A stretch of 64,000 nucleotides of DNA from the human T2T-CHM13v2.0 reference genome, Homo sapiens, in assembly GCF_009914755.1 (NCBI RefSeq), contig NC_060947.1. One strand, given 5' to 3'. The notes beneath the pieces are model-generated. The model saw only the letters and a list, made by a program, of their open reading frames with translations, ran no database searches and was not told the DNA's origin. Shown one piece after another: positions 1 to 27,415 of the stretch. The first letter of the stretch is position 1, and each line of letters begins with the position of its first letter. The position numbers were made by a program, and so were the translations under genes.

Positions 1-1260
1 ATTCATATGGAACCACAAAAGAGCCTGCATAGCCAAAGCAAGACTAAGCAAAAAGAACAAATCTGGCGGCATCACATTACATGATTTCAAACCATACTAT
101 AAGGTCATTGTCACCAAAACAGCATGTACTGGCATAAAAATAGGCATATAGGCCAATGGAACAGAATCAAGAACCCGGTAATAAGCCCAAATACCTACAG
201 CAAACTGATCTTCAACAAAGCAAACAAAAACATGAAGTGGGGAAAGGACACTCTATTCAACTAATGGTGCTGGGATAATTGGCAAGCCACATATAGGAGA
301 ATGAAACTGGATCCTCATTTCTCCTGTTATATAAAAATCAACTCAAGATGGATCAAGGACTTAAATCTAAGACCTGAAACTATAACAATTCTGGAAGATA
401 ACATTGGAAAAACCCTTCTAGACATTGGCTTAGGCAAAGATTTTATGACCAAGAACCCAAAGCAAATACAACAAAATCAAAGATAAATAGGTGGGACTTA
501 AACTAAAGAGCTTTGGCAAGGCAAAAGCAACAGTCAGCAGAGTCAACAGACAACCCACGGAGTGGGAGAAAATCTTCACAATCTATACATCTGACAAAGA
601 ACTAATATCCAGAATCTGCAAGGAACTCAAACAAATTAGCAAGAAATAAACAATTCCATCAAAAAGTGGGCTAAGGACATGAATAGACAATTCTCAAAAG
701 AAGATATACAAATGGCCCACAAACATCTGAAAAAAGGCTCAACATCACTAATGATCAGGGAAATGCAAATCAAAACCACAATGTGATACCATTTTACTAG
801 CACAAGAATGGCCATTATTGAAAAATCAAAACATAATAGATGTTGGTGTATAGGCAGTGAAAAAGGAACACTTTTACACTGCTGGTGGGAATGTAAACTA
901 GTACAACCACTATGGAAAACAGTATGAAGATTCCTTAAAGAACTAAAAGTAGAACTACCATTTGATCCAGCAATCCCATTAATGAGTATCTACCTAGCCA
1001 AAAATTAGTCATTATATGAAAAAGATACTTGTACATTAATTTTTACAGCAGCACAATTCACAATTGCAAATATGTGAACCCAGCCCAAATCAACCAGTGG
1101 ATAAAGAAACTGTGGTGTAATATATATATGAAGGAATACTGCTCAGCCATAAAAAGGAATGAATTAATGTCTTTTGCAGTAACCTGGATGGGATCAGAGA
1201 CTATTATTCTAAGTGAAGTAACTCAGGAATGGAAAACCAAACGTCGTATGTTCTCACTCA
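1..1260 (+). mobile_element. L1 (L1PB-like) ORF2 3' portion, degraded, 3'UTR missing
   Basis: ORF2 C-terminal homology ([16 protein letters not shown]; SAIKRNELMSF); stops abruptly at ttctcactca with no 3'UTR or polyA. Confidence 0.85.
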
Positions 1261-4200
1261 TGCCAATGATATTCCATGCCAATGGAAACCATAAAAAAGA
1301 GCATGAATAGCTATGCTTATAAAAGAAAAAACAGGTTTCAAGGAAAATCTATAAAAAGAAACAAAGAAGGTTATTATATAATGATAAAGTTGTCAATTCA
1401 GCAAAAGGATATAACAATTGTAAACATATATGCACCCAACACTGGAGCACACGATATATACAGCAAATATTCTGAGAGCTCAGGGTGAGATAAACTCCAA
1501 TACAATAACAACTGGAGATTTCAACTCCTCATTATCAGCGTTGAACAGATCTCCCAGACAGAAAATAAACCAAGAAACATAGGACTTAATTTGCACTATA
1601 GACCAAATGGACCTAATAGATATTTACAGAACATTTCATCCAGGGGCAACAGAATAAACATTCTTTTCTTCAGCATATAGATCATTCTCAAAGGCAGATT
1701 ATATTTTAGGCCACAGAACAAATTTTTAAAAGCTCAAAAAACAAAAATTACATCAAGTATCTTCTCTGAACACAATGGGATAAAATTTGAAGTCAAAAAT
1801 GGGAAATTTTGGAAACTTTACCAACACTTGGGAAGTAAACAATATGTTCTGAATGACCAGTGGGTTAATAAAGAAATTAAGAAGAAAATTGAAAAAATGT
1901 TTGAAATTAATGATAATGGAAAAGCTACGTACCAAAATGAATAGGATATGGTGAAAGCAATAATAAGACATAACTATGAGCACCTACATCCAAAAAGTGG
2001 AAAACTTCTAATAAACCACCTAAGAATGCATCATAAAGAACTAGAAACTCAAGCACAGACCAAACCTGAAATTAGTAGAAAAGGAATAAGAATTACAGTG
2101 AAAATTAAAAAAAAATTGAAATGAAGAAAATAATATAAGAGATTAATAAAATGAAAACTTGGCTTTTTGAAAAGACAAACAAAATTGACAAGTCTTCAGC
2201 CAGACTGAGGAAAAAAGAGAGGGAGAGCACACAAATAAAATCAGACATGAAAAAGCAGACATTACAACTCAAACTGCAAAATTTCAAAGGATAACTAGTG
2301 ACTACTATCAGCAACTATATGCCAATACATTGGAAAACCTGGAAGAAATGGATAAATTCCTAGACACATACAACCTACTAATATCTAACCATGAAGAAAT
2401 CCAAAACCTAAACAGACCAAAAATAAGTAGCAAGCTTGAAGCTGTAGTAAAAGGTCTCCCAGCAAAGAAAAGCTCAGGACCCAATGGCTTCACTGATAAA
2501 TTCTACAAACATTTAAAGAACTAATACCAGTCCTACTCAAACTATTCCAAAAAATATAGGAAGAAGGAATACTTCCAAACACGTTCTATGAGGTCAGTAT
2601 TATGCTGATGCCAAAATCAGAAAAAGACACATTAAAAAAAATAAAACTATAAGTCAATATCCTGGTTAATGCTGATGCAAAAATCCTCAATAAAATACTA
2701 GCAAACCAAATGCAAAAACACATTGGAAAGATCATTCATCATAACCAAGTGGGATTTATTCCAGGGCTGCAAAGATATTCAACACACACAAATCAACCAT
2801 TGTGATACATCATATCAACAGAATGAAGGACAAAATCATAAGATCCTTTCAATTGATCCTGAAAAGCATTCGATAAAATTCAACATCACTTCATGATAAA
2901 TGCCCCCAGTAAACTAGGTATAAAAGGATCATACCCCAACACAATAAAATCTATATATGACAGACCCACAGCTAATGTCATACTGAATCAAGAAAAATTG
3001 AAAACCTTTTCTCTTAGATCTGGGACACAAGGATAGCCACTTTCGCCACTGTTATTCAACATAATACTGGAAGTACTAGCTAGTGCAGTTAGACAAGACA
3101 AATAAATAAATGGCATCCAAATTGGAAAGGAAGAAGTCAATTATACTTGTTTGCAGATAATGTAATCTTGTATTTGGAAAAGCCCAGAGACTCTACCAAA
3201 AAACTATTAGAAGTAATAAAAAAATTTAAGATAATTTCGTATCTTTCAAATAATAAACAAGTTGCAGGATACAAAATCAACATATAAAAATTAATGGCAT
3301 TTCTATTACCAACAACAAACAATCTGAAACAGAAATTTTAAAAGTAGCCCCATTTACAATAGCCAACAAACAAAATCAAATACCTAGCAATTAACCAAAG
3401 TAGTAAAATATTTCTACAATGAAAACTATAAAACATTGATGCAAGAAACTGAATAGGACATAAACAATGGAAAGATATTCCATGTTTGTGCATTGAAGAA
3501 ATCAATATTGCTAAAATGTTCATGCTACTTAAAGCAATGTACAGATTACATGCAATCCTTATCAAAATACCAATGACATTCTTCAAAGAAATAGAAAAAA
3601 AACCCTAAAATTCATATGAAACCACAAAAGACCCAGAATAGTCAAAGCATTTCTGAGCAAAAAGAACAAAACTGGAGGAATCACATTACCTGATTTCAAA
3701 TTATACTACAAAGCTATAGTAACCAAAACAGCATGATACTGGCATAAAAAGAGACAAATAAACCAATTGAATAGAATAGAGAACCCAGAAAAAAATCCAT
3801 ACTTCTACAGTGAACAAATTTTCAGCAAAGATGTCAACAACATACATTGAGGAAAGAAGAGTCTCTTCAATAAATGGTTCTGGGAAAACTGGATATCCAT
3901 ATGCAGAAGAATAAAACTAGAACCCTATTTCTTGCCATATACAAAATTCAAATCAAAATGAATTAAAGACTTAAATTTAAGACTTCAAACTATGAAACAA
4001 CTAAAAGAAAACATTGAGGAAACTCTCCAGGACACTGGGCTGAGCAAATATTTCTTGAGCAATACCCCGCAAGCACAGACAACCAAAGTAAAAATGGACA
4101 AATGGGATCACATCAATGTAAAAAGCTTCTGCACAAGAAAGGAAACAGCAAAGTGAATAGACAACCCACAGAATGGGAGAAAATATTTGCCAACTATCTT

Positions 4201-4292
4201 GACAAAGGATTAATAACCAGAATACATAAGGATTGTAAACAACTCTATAGGAAAAAAGAAACTAATAATCTGATTAAAAATGGGAATAATAG

Positions 4293-4576
4293 GGCCAGGC
4301 GCAGTGGTTCATGCCTGCAATCCCAGCACTTTTTGGGAGTCTGAGGTGGGTTGATCATAAGGTCAGGAAATCGAGACCATCCTGGCCACCATGGTGAAAC
4401 CCCATCTCTACTAAAATACAAAAAATTAGCTGGGCATGGTGTTGCACGCCTGTAGTCCCAGTCCCAGCTACCCAGGTGGCTGAGGCAGGGGAATCACTTG
4501 AACCCAGGAGGCAGAGGTTGCAGTGAGCCGAGATCACGCCTGGCAACAGAGCGAGACTCTGTCTCAAAAAAAAAAA
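4293..4576 (+). mobile_element. AluS
   Basis: Dimeric Alu with A-tail; degenerate TSD aaaaatggg..taata. Confidence 0.93.
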
Positions 4577-4860
4577 TGGGTGTAATATCTGTAGAGACAT
4601 TTATCAAAAGAAGACATACAAATGGCAAACAATCATATGAAAAGGTGCTCAGCATCACTGATCATCAGATAAATATAAATAAAAATTACACTGATATCTC
4701 ACCCCAGTTAAAAAGACTTTTATCCAAGACAGGCAATAGCAAATGCTGACAAAGATGTGGAGAAAAGGGAACCTTCGTGGACCTTTAGTGTGAACGTAAA
4801 TTAGTACAACCACTACGGAGAACTGTTTGGAGTTGCCTCAGAAAACTAAAAATAGTGCTA

Positions 4861-5163
<303 letters not shown>

Positions 5164-5730
5164 CTACCATATGATCCAGCACTCCCACTGTTAGGCACAT
5201 GCCCAAAAGAAAGGAAATCAGTATATTGAAGAGATATTTGCACTTCCATGTTTATTGCAGCACTATTCAATTAGCCAAGACTTGAAAGCAACCTGTGTCC
5301 ATCACCAGATGAATGGATAAAGAAAAAGTAGTATATGTACACAATGAAACACTATTCATCTATAAAAAAGAATGAGATCCAGTCATTTGCAACAACATGG
5401 GTGGAACTGGAGGTCACTATGTCAAGTGAAATAAGTCAGGCACAGAAGACAAACTCATATGTTCTCACTTATTTGTGGAAACTAAAAATAAAAACTATTG
5501 AACTTACAGAGATAGAGTGGAAGGATTGTTACCAGAAGCTGGCAAAGCTAGGTAGTGGTGGGGTGAAGATAATATGGTTAGTGGATACAAAAATATAGAT
5601 AGAATAAATAAGATCTAGTATTTGATAGCACAACAGGTTGACTACAGTCAACAATAAAGTATTGTGTATTTCAAAATAGCTAAAATAGTATAATTGGATT
5701 GTTTGTAACACGAATAAAAGATAAATGCTT

Positions 5731-6030
5731 GATTTTTAAAAATCTGTTGAGACTTGTTTTCTGGTCTAATATGTGGTCTATCTAAGAATTTTCCATGTGC
5801 TGATGATAAGAATGTGTATTCTGAGGTTGTTGGGTTAAATGTTCTATAAATGTTTGGTCCATTTGGTCTATAGTGCAGCTTAAATCCAATATTTCTTTGT
5901 TGATTTTCTCTCTAGATGATCTGTTTAATGTTGAGAGTTGGTTGGTAGAGTTCCTATTATTGTATTGGGGATATCTCTCTCTTTAGTTTTAATAATGTTT
6001 GCTTTGTATATCAGAGTGCTCTGGTATTAG
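5731..6030 (-). repeat. Inverted copy of the L1 endonuclease segment at ~6416-6697
   Basis: Reverse complement aligns to 6416-6697 and shares private variants with it. Confidence 0.8.
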
Positions 6031-6145
6031 ATACCCCATTTACCCTGATGGATTACACACTGTATGCCCATATCAATACATCTCATGTATCTCATAAATA
6101 TATACACCTACTATATACCCCCAAAAATTAAATATGAAAAAATAA

Positions 6146-12453
<6,308 letters not shown>

Positions 12454-12477
12454 AATAATTTGTTTTTAAAAAAAAAT

Positions 12478-12598
12478 GTTCCCAGGATAGCAACATTAGC
12501 ATCATCTGGTAGCTTCCTAGGAATTCCAATTCTTGGCCCTCACCCCAGATGTAATGAATCAAAAGCTCTGAAGGTGCAACCAGACAACTTTTGTTTAA
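12478..12598 (+). mobile_element. MER5A (hAT-Charlie) 5' part; 3' part at ~23383-23428
   Basis: agcatcatctgg..ccccagat..gaatca..ctctg; continuation ..ctaatgcacactaaattaagaaccactg lies beyond the L1 block. Confidence 0.7.
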
Positions 12599-16990
<4,392 letters not shown>

Positions 16991-17225
16991 TTTATTTTTA
17001 TTTTTATTTTTTTATTATTATTATACTTTAAGTTTTAGGGTACATGTGCACAACGTGCAGGTTTGTTACATATATATACATGTGCCATGCTGGTGTGCTG
17101 CACCCATTAACTCGTCATTTAGCATTAGGTATATCTCCTAATGCTATCCCTCCCCCCTCCCCCCCACCCCACAACAGTCCCCAGAGTGTGATGTTCCCCT
17201 TCCTGGGACCATGTGTTCTCATTGT

Positions 17226-21039
<3,814 letters not shown>

Positions 21040-21102
21040 TATGATGTTAGCTGGTTATTTTGCACGTTAGTTCATGCAGTTTCTTCCTAGTCTCAATGGT
21101 CT

Positions 21103-22118
21103 TTACATTTTGGCATGATTTTGCAGCAGCTGGTACCGGTTGTTCCTTTCCATGTTTAGAGCTTCCTTCAGGAGCTCTTTTAGGGCAGGCCTGGTGGTGA
21201 CAAAATCTCTCAGCATTTGCTTCTCTGTAAAGTATTTTATTTCTCCTTCACTTATGAACCTTAGTTTGGCTGGATATGAAATTCTGGGTTGAAAATTCTT
21301 TTCTTTAAGAATTCTGAATATTGGTCCCCACTCTCCTTTGGCTTGTAGAGTTTCTGCTGAGAAATCAGTTGTTAGTCTGATGGGCTTCCCTTTGTGGGTA
21401 ACCCGACCTTTGTCTCTGGCTGCCCTTAACATTTTTTCCTTCATTTCAACTTTGGTGAATCTGACAATTATGTGTCTTGGAGTTGCTCTTCTCGAGGAGT
21501 ATCTTTGTGGCGTTCTCTGTACTTCCTGAATCTGAATGTTGGCCTGCCTTGCTAGATTGGGGAAGTTCTCCTGGATAATATCCTGCAGAGTGTTTTCCAG
21601 CTTGGTTCCATTCTCCCCGTCACTTTCAGGTACACCAATCAGACGCAGATTTGGTCTTTTCACATAGTCCCATATTTCTTGGAGGCTTTGTTCATTTCTT
21701 TTTATTCTTTTTTCTCTAAACTTCCCTTCTCACTTCATTTCATTCATTTCATCTTCCATCACTGATACCCTTTCTTCCAGTTGATCGCATCAGCTCCTGA
21801 GGCTTCTGCATTCTTCACATATTTCTGGAGCCTTGGCTTTCAGCTCCATCAGCTCTTTAAGCACTTCTCTGTATTGGTTATTCTAGTTATACATTCGTCT
21901 AAATTTTTTGCAAAGTTTTCAACTTCTTTGCCTTTGGTTTGAATTTCCTCCTGTAGCTCAGAATAGTTTGATCGTCTGAAGCCTTCTTCTCTCAACTCGT
22001 CAAAGTCATTCTCCGTCCAGCTTTGTTCCATTTCTGGTGAGGAACTGCGTTCCTTTGGAGGAGGAGAGGCACTCTGCTTTTTAGAGTTTCCAGTTTTTCT
22101 GCTCTGTTTTTTCCCCAT
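21103..22118 (-). pseudogene. L1 ORF1p, 1-bp frameshift after ...EKCLK
   Basis: MGKKQSRKTGNSK...HAKM split into two ORFs; 1016 nt against the 1017 expected. Confidence 0.9.
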
Positions 22119-22700
22119 CTTTGTGGTTTTATCTACTTTTGGTCTTTGATGATGGTGATGTACAGATGGGTTTTTGGTGTGGATATCCTTTCTGTTTGTT
22201 AGTTTTCCTTCTAACAGACAGGACCCTCAGCTGCAGGTCTGTTGCAGTTTGCTAGAGGTCCACTCCGGACCCTGTTTTCCTGGGTATCAGCAGCGGTGTC
22301 TGCAGAACTGCGGATTTTTGTGATCGCGAATGCTGCTGTCTGATCATTCCTCTGGAAGTTTTGTCTCAGAGGAGTACCTGGCCATGTGAGGTATCAGTTT
22401 GCCCCTACTAGGGGGTGCCTCCCAGTTAGGCTGCTCGGGGGTCACAGGTCAGGGACCCACTTGAGGAGGCAGTCTGCAAGTTCTCAGATCTCCAGCTGCG
22501 TGCTGGGAGAACCACTTCTCTCCTCAAATCTGTCAGACAGGGACATTTAAGTCTGCAGAGGTTACGGCTGTCTTTTTGTTTGTCTGTGTCCTGCCTCCAG
22601 AGGTAGAGACTACAGAGGCAGGCAGGCCTCCTTGAGCTGTGGTGGGCTCCACCCAGTTCAAGCTTCGCAGCTGCTTTGTTTACCTAAGCAAGCCTGGGCA

Positions 22701-23168
22701 ATGGCGGGTGCCCCTACCCCAGCCTCGCTGCTGCCTTGCAGTTTGATCTCAGACTGCTGTGCTAGCAATCAGGGAGACTCCGTGGGTGTAGGACCCTCCG
22801 AGCCAGGTGGGGGATATAATCTCCTGGTGCTCCTTTTCCTAAGCCCATCAGAAAAGCGCAGTATTCAGGTGGGAGTGGCCCGATTTTCCAGGTGCAGTCT
22901 GTCACCCCTTTCCTTGACCAGGAAAGGGAACTCCCTGACCCCTTGCACTTCCCAAGTGAGGCAATGCCTCACCCTGCTTCAGCTGGCACACGGTGTGCTG
23001 CACCCACTGTCCTGCACCCACTGCCTGGCACTCCCTAGTGAGATGAACCCGGTACCTCAGATGGAAATGCAGAAGTCACCCGTCTTCTGCGTCGCTCATG
23101 CTGGGAGCTGTAGACCCGAGCTGTTCCTATTTGGCCATCTTGGCTCTTCCCCTTATTTCAAGATTTAG
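22701..23168 (+). CDS. L1 antisense ORF0-like reading frame, extended to 155 aa (expression unknown)
   Basis: MAGAPTPASLLPCSLISDCCASNQ.. matches the ORF0 N-terminus; gcaATGg context; open to the element end. Confidence 0.5.
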   Translation: MAGAPTPASLLPCSLISDCCASNQGDSVGVGPSEPGGGYNLLVLLFLSPSEKRSIQVGVARFSRCSLSPLSLTRKGNSLTPCTSQVRQCLTLLQLAHGVLHPLSCTHCLALPSEMNPVPQMEMQKSPVFCVAHAGSCRPELFLFGHLGSSPYFKI

Positions 23169-23370
23169 AGCTCCTTTTATGATTTCTTGTAGGGCTGGTC
23201 TGGTAGTGACAAATTGTCTCAGCATTTGTTTGTCTAAAAATAACTTTATTTCTCCTTCATTTCTGAAATTTAGTTTTGCTGGATACAAAACTCTTGGCTG
23301 ACAGTTATTCTGTTAATGGAGGCCAAATATAGGACCTCAGTTCCTTCAGGCTTATAAGGTTTTTGCTTAA
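23153..23370 (-). mobile_element. Remainder of the L1PB (ORF1 region)
   Basis: Antisense ORF1-like sequence beyond the L1PA3 TSD. Confidence 0.7.
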
Positions 23371-24246
23371 GTTTTTTTTATGTAAGTCCTCCATATGCTT
23401 CTAATGCACACTAAATTAAGAACCACTGAATTAGAGAACTGGCTGCAGGACTCTATGAGCCTTAGAAATCGATTCGAAGTCTCAAGTTAATCAACTCTGG
23501 GTACTCCTTTTTATTGTCAGTATAATTTTCCTATGGGACAAATATAACCACAAGCAGTCCCACTTCCTCTTCTGATCCATATCTTTTTATTTTAAAGGAT
23601 AATTTTTTTCCAAAACTGCAGTAACAACTGACAAACACTCCCCTTACCAACAAGTCAAGCTATCGCCTAGGCACATATTTGCTCATTCACCCATTCATTC
23701 ATTTACTCAATCATTCACTAATGTGTTCCACAAGTATTCAAGAACCTCTTATGTGTCATTCACTGGTGCTGCATACTAAGGATACATAAAAAGTGGATAA
23801 TGACAACCACAAATAGGAAATTGCACAGTATATGAGACTGAACTTTGACATGTGGCAGCAGTGCTGACCACTTCAAAGGCTATGACTTGATACAAGTAAT
23901 GGCCATATCAGTTCAAATGACTGAGGTAATTAAACCCAATAAGAAGTACACTATTCTTTTGTTTTATTACTGGTTGTTTATCACCAACAAAGGTGTGCCT
24001 GGAGCATGAGATAAAACCATTCAAGGAATAAAGTTCAATTCTATAGTCCCCCATTGAAGTGTCGGCTAGAAGTTATTGCCAGATGCCTTTTTCAACATCT
24101 CCCATGTGACATAAATAAATACTACTTTAATAGTTGGTTTCACATCATCAAAGTTTATTTACTATAAGGCTAACACCTGAAAAGAGCTCATTTTTTAAAA
24201 ACACTCCAGGAAAGACCTTTCAAAGTGTGGTGATATACAGCCCTGC

Positions 24247-24365
24247 TTCTAGAATGTTAGCTCCACAAAGGTAGGAATCTTATTGTTTATTTTGTGCCCT
24301 GATATATTTCAAGTACTAAGAATGGTGCTCAGTACATAATAGGTGCTCAACAAATATTTGTTGTA
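24247..24365 (+). mobile_element. L2 3' end
   Basis: ctagaatgttagctccac..taggtgctcaacaaatatttgttg. Confidence 0.75.
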
Positions 24366-24768
24366 AGTTATTCTGGCCTGTCCTAATTTCATATAACTTC
24401 ATATAGCTATTATTTTCATAATAAAGAAGATTTGTCAAATTTGTCAACTATATGTTACTTTGTGTATCTTGGTCAGGCTTTTCACATATGTAAATTTCTC
24501 CCCTCAGAAGCCATGGTTAAAACATTTAACCATGTTTTGGTTTAGGAAATATGATCATCTCACTTAAAGCACATACCCGCTGAATTTTGACAAATAAGCC
24601 AAGAATTAGGTTTGGAAAAATAAACCCCTTAGAAGCACCCAAGCCAGATACAGTTTCTGGTCCCTAGAAAGTCTTTCCAACTGGAGAACTCTTATTTTCT
24701 CGCTGCAAGCCAGGAAGGTTGAGAACACAAGGCTTGCTCTTCCTGGCTGGCCTCTGGAAAAACCAGGC

Positions 24769-24891
24769 TGACGTAAGAAAGCCTCTGGTGCCTGTTTCCT
24801 TTTCCAAAGCTGTTGCTATGGATACCCAAGGCTAGAAAGCAATGGGCAAAATATCAGATGCCTAGGGTCAAGTTACCAGACTCAGGCCAAT
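24769..24891. promoter_or_regulatory. Candidate promoter/enhancer: CRE-like site, RFX X-box and CCAAT
   Basis: TGACGTAA 24769-76; GTTGCTATGGATAC 24812-25; CCAAT 24887-91; all in unique DNA. Confidence 0.4.
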
Positions 24892-25004
24892 GATGGGCTA
24901 AGGCAGGAGCAGCAGGGAAAAACAAAGATTTTCCCTCATATACTAGCCAGAGAGGAGGTCCTTGGCCAGAGCTGGTGGTCCTTGGGAAGGTCTTGACAAG
25001 AGGT

Positions 25005-25022
25005 CTGTGTGTGTGTGTCTTT

Positions 25023-25058
<36 letters not shown>
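25005..25058. repeat. (TG)n microsatellite
   Basis: Interrupted TG tract with about 16 perfect units. Confidence 0.95.
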
Positions 25059-25061
<3 letters not shown>

Positions 25062-26869
25062 CTAAGCCTCTTCCTGGTGTTAAGATGCCAAAGACTGAAA
25101 TTCAACATCAGAAGATTACAGGATGCACATGAACTCAGAGTACAGATAAGATGGTGTTTCTGGGTAAAAAAGTATATATTACCCAGGCTACAGTGAGGCC
25201 TATCCCCCAGTTGAGAAAAAGGCTTCCCCGATGCCTGAAATGTACATTCCTCCTAGAATCTGTATCTGAGTCCCTCTGACCCTGGCCACTCTAGGCTTTC
25301 CTTGCTGACTCTTCTTTTTCTGTTTCTCTATTCTTCCCTTCAATTAATAACACTCATTATACTACAGTCAGTCTTTTCTCCTAAATTCTAGCTTGACTCA
25401 CAATGTTCTGTCTCTAATTATTATGTGTTGGTTGTATGAGTCAATATTTTGACAGTCTAAGGATTCCTTACCATTGCCTCTATGTGTGGGCTTCAACACA
25501 ATTCCATATTTTAAATTGTTTGTTAAGCCTCAGAGTGTAATATATACAGAGAGAGTGAGGTAACACCTCTTAGATCTGAAGATAGGTGTCCTTGTTGTCT
25601 TGGTGTATACCTTACCCTACAGAAGAGAGGAGTGTGTGCAGGGTGAGACAAGGAAAGAGAGAGAATGAAAAAGAGAAAGAAAAGGGAGAAAGACACTTGA
25701 TTATCTGTGATCTGGGCTACAGGTGAAATAAAAACACAAATGTTAACTAACGAACTCAGAGAGACTAACACTACTGTCCATGCTTTGTGTAGCTAACTCT
25801 TCCAGCTACTTCCAGACTGTTTCACAAAGTGTGTGTACTAAAGCAGGCTCCACTGGGTCCTCTTTGCTCATTCTGATGCTCCCCTTCCTAGATCATCAGG
25901 GTGATGATTATCTCATGTATCTGTGGTTGCTGTATCTCATTCATGCTCATAGGATTTTGTTGAAGTTGTGTATCATATGGCTATAGGATTCCTTATGAAA
26001 GGTTCATGGCTATGATATATTTTCTTCTATTTGTTTTCCCAGCATGGAATGGAAACCGAACAAATGATTCTTTCTGAAATTGTTTTCTCTCCTAGGGACT
26101 CAGTGGAATTACCACACAAAGCCAAGAACTCCTCTGCTAGAAATCACAGAGGAGACTGGTTATTGCCTGGCTACGAAGAGAAGCTTCACAAAGGCTGATG
26201 CCACAGAGGATGGGTAGGAGTCAAGGAATCCTTTGTTTTGTACCTTATGCCCAGGGGAAAAAAGCTCCTTCTTTATTCATTGTTGATTCAACTCACCAAG
26301 CATTGAATGAACACTAGTAGGTACTGTAGAAGATAAAATAATAAATAAGGAAGGTCCCTGCCCTCAAAGAGTTGAAGTCTAGAAAGGAAGATGTATATTT
26401 GAAAGAGATGGGAGGACAAGACATTGGTTTAAAAATGACACAAAATGCTGGAACAATAAAGAAGAGATAGCAATTACACTGATTAAAATTGCTTTGTGAT
26501 AACATCCACCAGGCCAACAGACTGGCACCATTTTTTTCCAAATGATGTTGACACACATCCTGCCTGCTCCAATTAAAGTCCCCAGCTTGACATCCTCTTT
26601 GGTAGAAACACCAATGTGTTCTGCCAGTATGAACAGAGAAAGCAGAAACTCAGGAAGGAAAAAAGGAGGAGATGCTAGGAAGAATAGGAGATATAAGTCA
26701 GTGTTTGATTTATCAAAACAGGAATATTCACACCTCATTTTAATCCAAAAAGCACTACTTAGAAAAAGGAATTGAGTTGGAAAGGATCTGAGACCTCATC
26801 TCATTTCACTCAACCACCATGTAATGCTTCAGTTCCCTTTATAATATCCCTGTCAAACAGATGCCCCTA

Positions 26870-27415
26870 AGGGAGATATCAAAAAGTTTTATGAAAGAAA
26901 ATGGCATTTCAACCAGGTCCTCAAAATATTGAATTTTGATGTTTGAAAACAAAAAGGATGAGGAAATGACAAAAATCTAAAGGCTCTAAAAATGTACGGG
27001 TCATTTACAGGGGATAAATGTCACAAGCTGGATGGAGTATACAAGGGTATAAGGGAAGGAGTGGATAATGAGGACAGAAATCACAGGAGGAGTTAGATCA
27101 TGAAGACTTTTGAATCTGGCCAAGTAATCTGGACTTGATTCAACAAATAATAGGTAGCTACTGACAATTTCAGAGCAGGAAGAAGACATGATTAAATGTG
27201 GATATAGGAAGATGAATCTGGCAGTGAAGTGGAGAACAGATTGTAGAACAGAAAGACTGAAGGCAGAAACATAGGCTAGTAGACACTTGTAGTAGCCCAG
27301 GAAATGGGTATGAACTCTGGTTGTGGGAGAAAAGTGCAAATAGAAAAAGGACAGAATTTCGTAACTATTCCAGAGGTGAGACTTGGTGACTAGTGGTGGG
27401 TGTGTGGGTAAGACA
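26870..27415 (-). mobile_element. L2 fragment
   Basis: Purine-rich antisense L2 motifs (gagcaggaagaagacatgatta, atctggcagtg). Confidence 0.65.
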
